Assembly: GCA_965116905.1 (NCBI GenBank) | Contig: OZ220732.1 | Span: forward strand, 3,360,001-3,424,000 | Origin: Longimicrobiales bacterium | GTDB taxonomy: Bacteria > Gemmatimonadota > Gemmatimonadetes > Longimicrobiales > Gaopeijiaceae | DNA: 64,000 nt | Reading direction: 5' to 3' | Notes under the pieces: model-generated | The model's input: the letters and a program-made list of their open reading frames with translations, nothing else | Told to the model about the DNA's origin: nothing | The model's database searches: none | Translations under genes and position numbers: made by a program | Shown: piece after piece, positions 61,501 through 64,000 of the stretch | Numbering within the stretch: position 1 is the stretch's first letter | Layout: the number at the start of each line of letters is the position of its first letter

Positions 61501-62963
61501 CCGAGACCGACGGCGAAGGCGTCTTCATGTTCGAGAACCTGGTGGTTGGCGACATGTACTTCCTGAAGCCGGTGGAGACCGACCTGTACATCTCGGTCAG
61601 GAACGGCAACACGAGCATCGGCAAGACGGCCGAGAAGGCCACGGATGTGGTGCCGCACGCGCTCGTGACAGCTGGACTGCCGCCCAGGGCGGGCACCGAG
61701 CCAGGAATCCCGACATGGGACTACCACACGAGCATGGCCACACCCAATGGCGACGCCAACTTCGTACTGCTGTACAAGGACGGCGAGGTCGAGGGTAAGG
61801 TGTCGGATCCGAGCGTGCGTGCCGCGCACAGTCGCTCGGTCGTCGAACTGCACCTGTGCAGGACGTCGAACCAGGTGCTTGATACCTCGGTAGACCCCCC
61901 CACAGTGACCACGGCTGCGACTGGATGCGGCGGGGGCGTAAATGCGTACGAGGGCACGGTTGTGGAAGCCGACGTAGACGAGGACGGCGACTGGAGTGCC
62001 GATGGCCTCCGGGAAGGCCTCTACGAGGTGGTTCCCGACCTGCCGGCGGGCTATGTCGTTTCCGACTCGGCCGGTACGACGGACGGGACCGGCACCAGCT
62101 ACCACGCCCAGCAGTTCGTCGACCTGAGGGGTGGGCGCGCCGATGACGACACCGAGACCATCCACATCAAGGACCGGAACGCGGGTGACGGCGCTACGCT
62201 TACGAGTGTCGAGATCGACGGTACTGCTTGCACCAGGGGCACCGCTACCAACCCCGCGGACAACAACTGCGGCCACGATGCGGCCGGATCGTTCTCCGTG
62301 GTGGCTACCGCGTCCACGGGTGCGGTCGTCCGTCTGAGCTCGAGCGCGACGGATGCGACGCCCACCGGGACGGGGACGTACTCGGTGGTGGTGAGTAACG
62401 GGAAAGCCACGACGGTCACGCTGTCCAAGCCTGGCAGCAGGAGGTTCTTCGTTCACGTCGCGGCCGAGGACGGCTACGCATCCAACGACGCGACCAATGA
62501 AGGCTTCCACGTCCGGCGCGACGCCGACGTGCGCGTGAAGGAAGTCACGATCGCATGGAGCGGCGACAGGATCGAACTGGATCGTGACGCGCTCAATCTG
62601 GATCCCGACGGTGAGACGGATCCGGTCACCGGGACGACGACCCTGAGGGTCACCGTGGACAAGGGTGACAACAATGGGGATATCCCGATTACGGATCTCA
62701 CGGTTACGGCCATGGGCATGACCACGGGATTTGGTGTGGCAGGATTCGGCACCGTCGACGTGACCACGACTCCCATCGCGTGTTCCGCCGCAGACTTCAC
62801 CGGCCTCAGCGGAGACGGCACCCTCACGTTGCCGGCGAACACGGCGACCGACAAGGGGAGCGACGGGGTCTGCTTCCGGATCGCCGACACCGACGGTGAG
62901 TCTGATCCAGACGCCAACGCGGACAACAACCGCGACTACATCCTGATCGTGACCAGGAAGTAG
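58521..62963 (+). pseudogene. 5'-truncated large acidic surface-protein gene with carboxypeptidase-regulatory/SdrD-B-like beta-sandwich repeats (possible silent cassette)
   Basis: Open frame of ~1480 codons. Homology to the 63123 paralog starts abruptly at its codon ~121, so it lacks the lipoprotein signal and first repeat. No well-spaced RBS/start. Confidence 0.65.
58576..59038 (+). repeat. Near-identical direct repeat, copy 1 (copy 2 at 63538-64000)
   Basis: Offset 4962 bp. About six mismatches seen by eye, all synonymous third positions. Confidence 0.92.
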
Positions 62964-63014
62964 GAACGGACCAACCCGTCGGGATTCTGCGAGGAATCGC
63001 GATGGCGCAGGAAG

Positions 63015-63056
63015 GTTGCCCCCGTCCGGTTCGCCGGGCGGGGGCAACACCGTTTT
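63015..63056 (+). terminator. Strong hairpin/terminator between the two surface-protein genes
   Basis: GTTGCCCCCGTCCGG-TTCG-CCGGGCGGGGGCAAC then ACCGTTTT. Confidence 0.75.
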
Positions 63057-63122
63057 CGGAGCCCGCGCGGAAGCGTGCCGGATGCCGACCACAGAGACCA
63101 TCTAACGGACAAGGACGACTAC

Positions 63123-64000
63123 ATGGACAGGCTCAGGAGGTTCCTGGGAATGGCGACGTTGCTGGTGCTTCCGATCATCGCCGCGTGCGGAGAGGACGTC
63201 ATTCCTCCTCCGCCGACGGGCTCCATCGTGGGCCAGGTGTCGATCGAGGGCATGGGGATCGACGGGGTAACCGTCTCCCTTAGCAACGGGGCCTCCACTG
63301 CTACGGCTGGTGGCGGGAACTACCGCTTCGACACCGTGGAGCAGGGCTCCTATACGGTGACGATCAGCGGATTCCCCGCGGACGCCAGCTTCGATGCAAC
63401 CTCAGCTCCCGCCAGCATAGGCGACACCGGCGGGACGGTCACCGTGGACTTCCGCGGCACCTATATCCGCACCGCCTCGATCCTCGGAACGATCACTGTT
63501 GAGGGCAGCGGTCTCGGCGGGGTGACGGTGCGCCTTCCCGGCATGGCTGATGGCCAGACCACGACCGACGACAGCGGCCAGTTTTCCTTCACGGGACTGC
63601 GCGCCGGCACGTATTCGGTCGAGATCTCCGGCTTCGACACCAACGAGGTCAGCTTCTCGAGCACCTCCGGTGCCGCGACGGTCGGCGTCGGCGAGTCCAA
63701 GGTCGTCAGCTTCGACGGCACGTATCTCCGCACGGCGGGGATCCAGGGCCAGGTAAGCGTGGACGGCGAGGGCCTCGGCGGCGTGACGGTGACGCTGGTG
63801 GGCGAAGGCGAAGAGCGGACCGACGTGACGGATGCGGGCGGGCTCTACGCGTTCTCGGCGCTCAAGAGCGGCACCTACCAGGTCGCGATCACGAACCCGG
63901 ATCCCGAAGACTACGAGTTCACGACCACGTCGAAGAGCGCGACGGTCGCGACGGGCGAGACCGCCAACGTGCCGTTCGAAGGCACGCTGCTGCGGACGGC
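63123..64000 (+). CDS. Large surface lipoprotein paralog with carboxypeptidase-regulatory-like repeats (runs off the window end)
   Basis: AAGGA RBS, MDRLRRFLGMATLLVLPIIAA-C lipobox, open frame to 64000. Absent from the ORF track because there is no stop in the window. Confidence 0.88.
   Translation, partial: MDRLRRFLGMATLLVLPIIAACGEDVIPPPPTGSIVGQVSIEGMGIDGVTVSLSNGASTATAGGGNYRFDTVEQGSYTVTISGFPADASFDATSAPASIGDTGGTVTVDFRGTYIRTASILGTITVEGSGLGGVTVRLPGMADGQTTTDDSGQFSFTGLRAGTYSVEISGFDTNEVSFSSTSGAATVGVGESKVVSFDGTYLRTAGIQGQVSVDGEGLGGVTVTLVGEGEERTDVTDAGGLYAFSALKSGTYQVAITNPDPEDYEFTTTSKSATVATGETANVPFEGTLLRT
63538..64000 (+). repeat. Near-identical direct repeat, copy 2
   Basis: Matches 58576-59038. Confidence 0.92.

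Noticed and set aside
58576..64000. Diversity-generating retroelement TR/VR pair (also considered for 15151-17326)
   Set aside because: Mismatches are synonymous and not adenine-specific, and there is no reverse transcriptase in the window.

Overview
High-GC bacterial chromosomal window. Gene content and order suggest Gemmatimonadota, possibly a host- or sponge-associated lineage; this is inference, not a search result. Most of it is a minus-strand housekeeping backbone: rho; hutH-hutU/hutF/hutI; tRNA-Gly and tRNA-Cys; secD-secF-tatD-mutL-miaA-bshA-uppP-birA-coaX; groES-groEL with a perfect CIRCE; and thrS-infC-rpmI-rplT-pheS-pheT-zapB/zapA-[soxC + cytochrome c]-rny-folD-xseA-xseB-ispA-nadK-recN. 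Secreted and lipoprotein genes are interspersed. Main observations: (1) a Cre-like tyrosine recombinase (56964-57956) followed 5 bp later by a 34-bp 13+8+13 loxP-architecture site (57962-57995). (2) Beside it lie two tandem large surface-protein genes. One is 5'-truncated with no signal peptide, the other has an intact 5' end, and they share a ~463-bp near-identical block with only synonymous differences. This is a candidate cassette-shuffling or variation system. (3) An AhpD/CMD-like gene is split by an in-frame TGA in a CxxU motif with a SECIS-like hairpin (probable selenoprotein), and its stop overlaps the hutH start. (4) Smaller signals: a structured rho leader, an L20-leader-like attenuator, an ATC start for infC, and start-codon-bearing tandem repeats at gene junctions. 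Start codons were chosen by eye and all product calls rest on motif recognition, not database searches.
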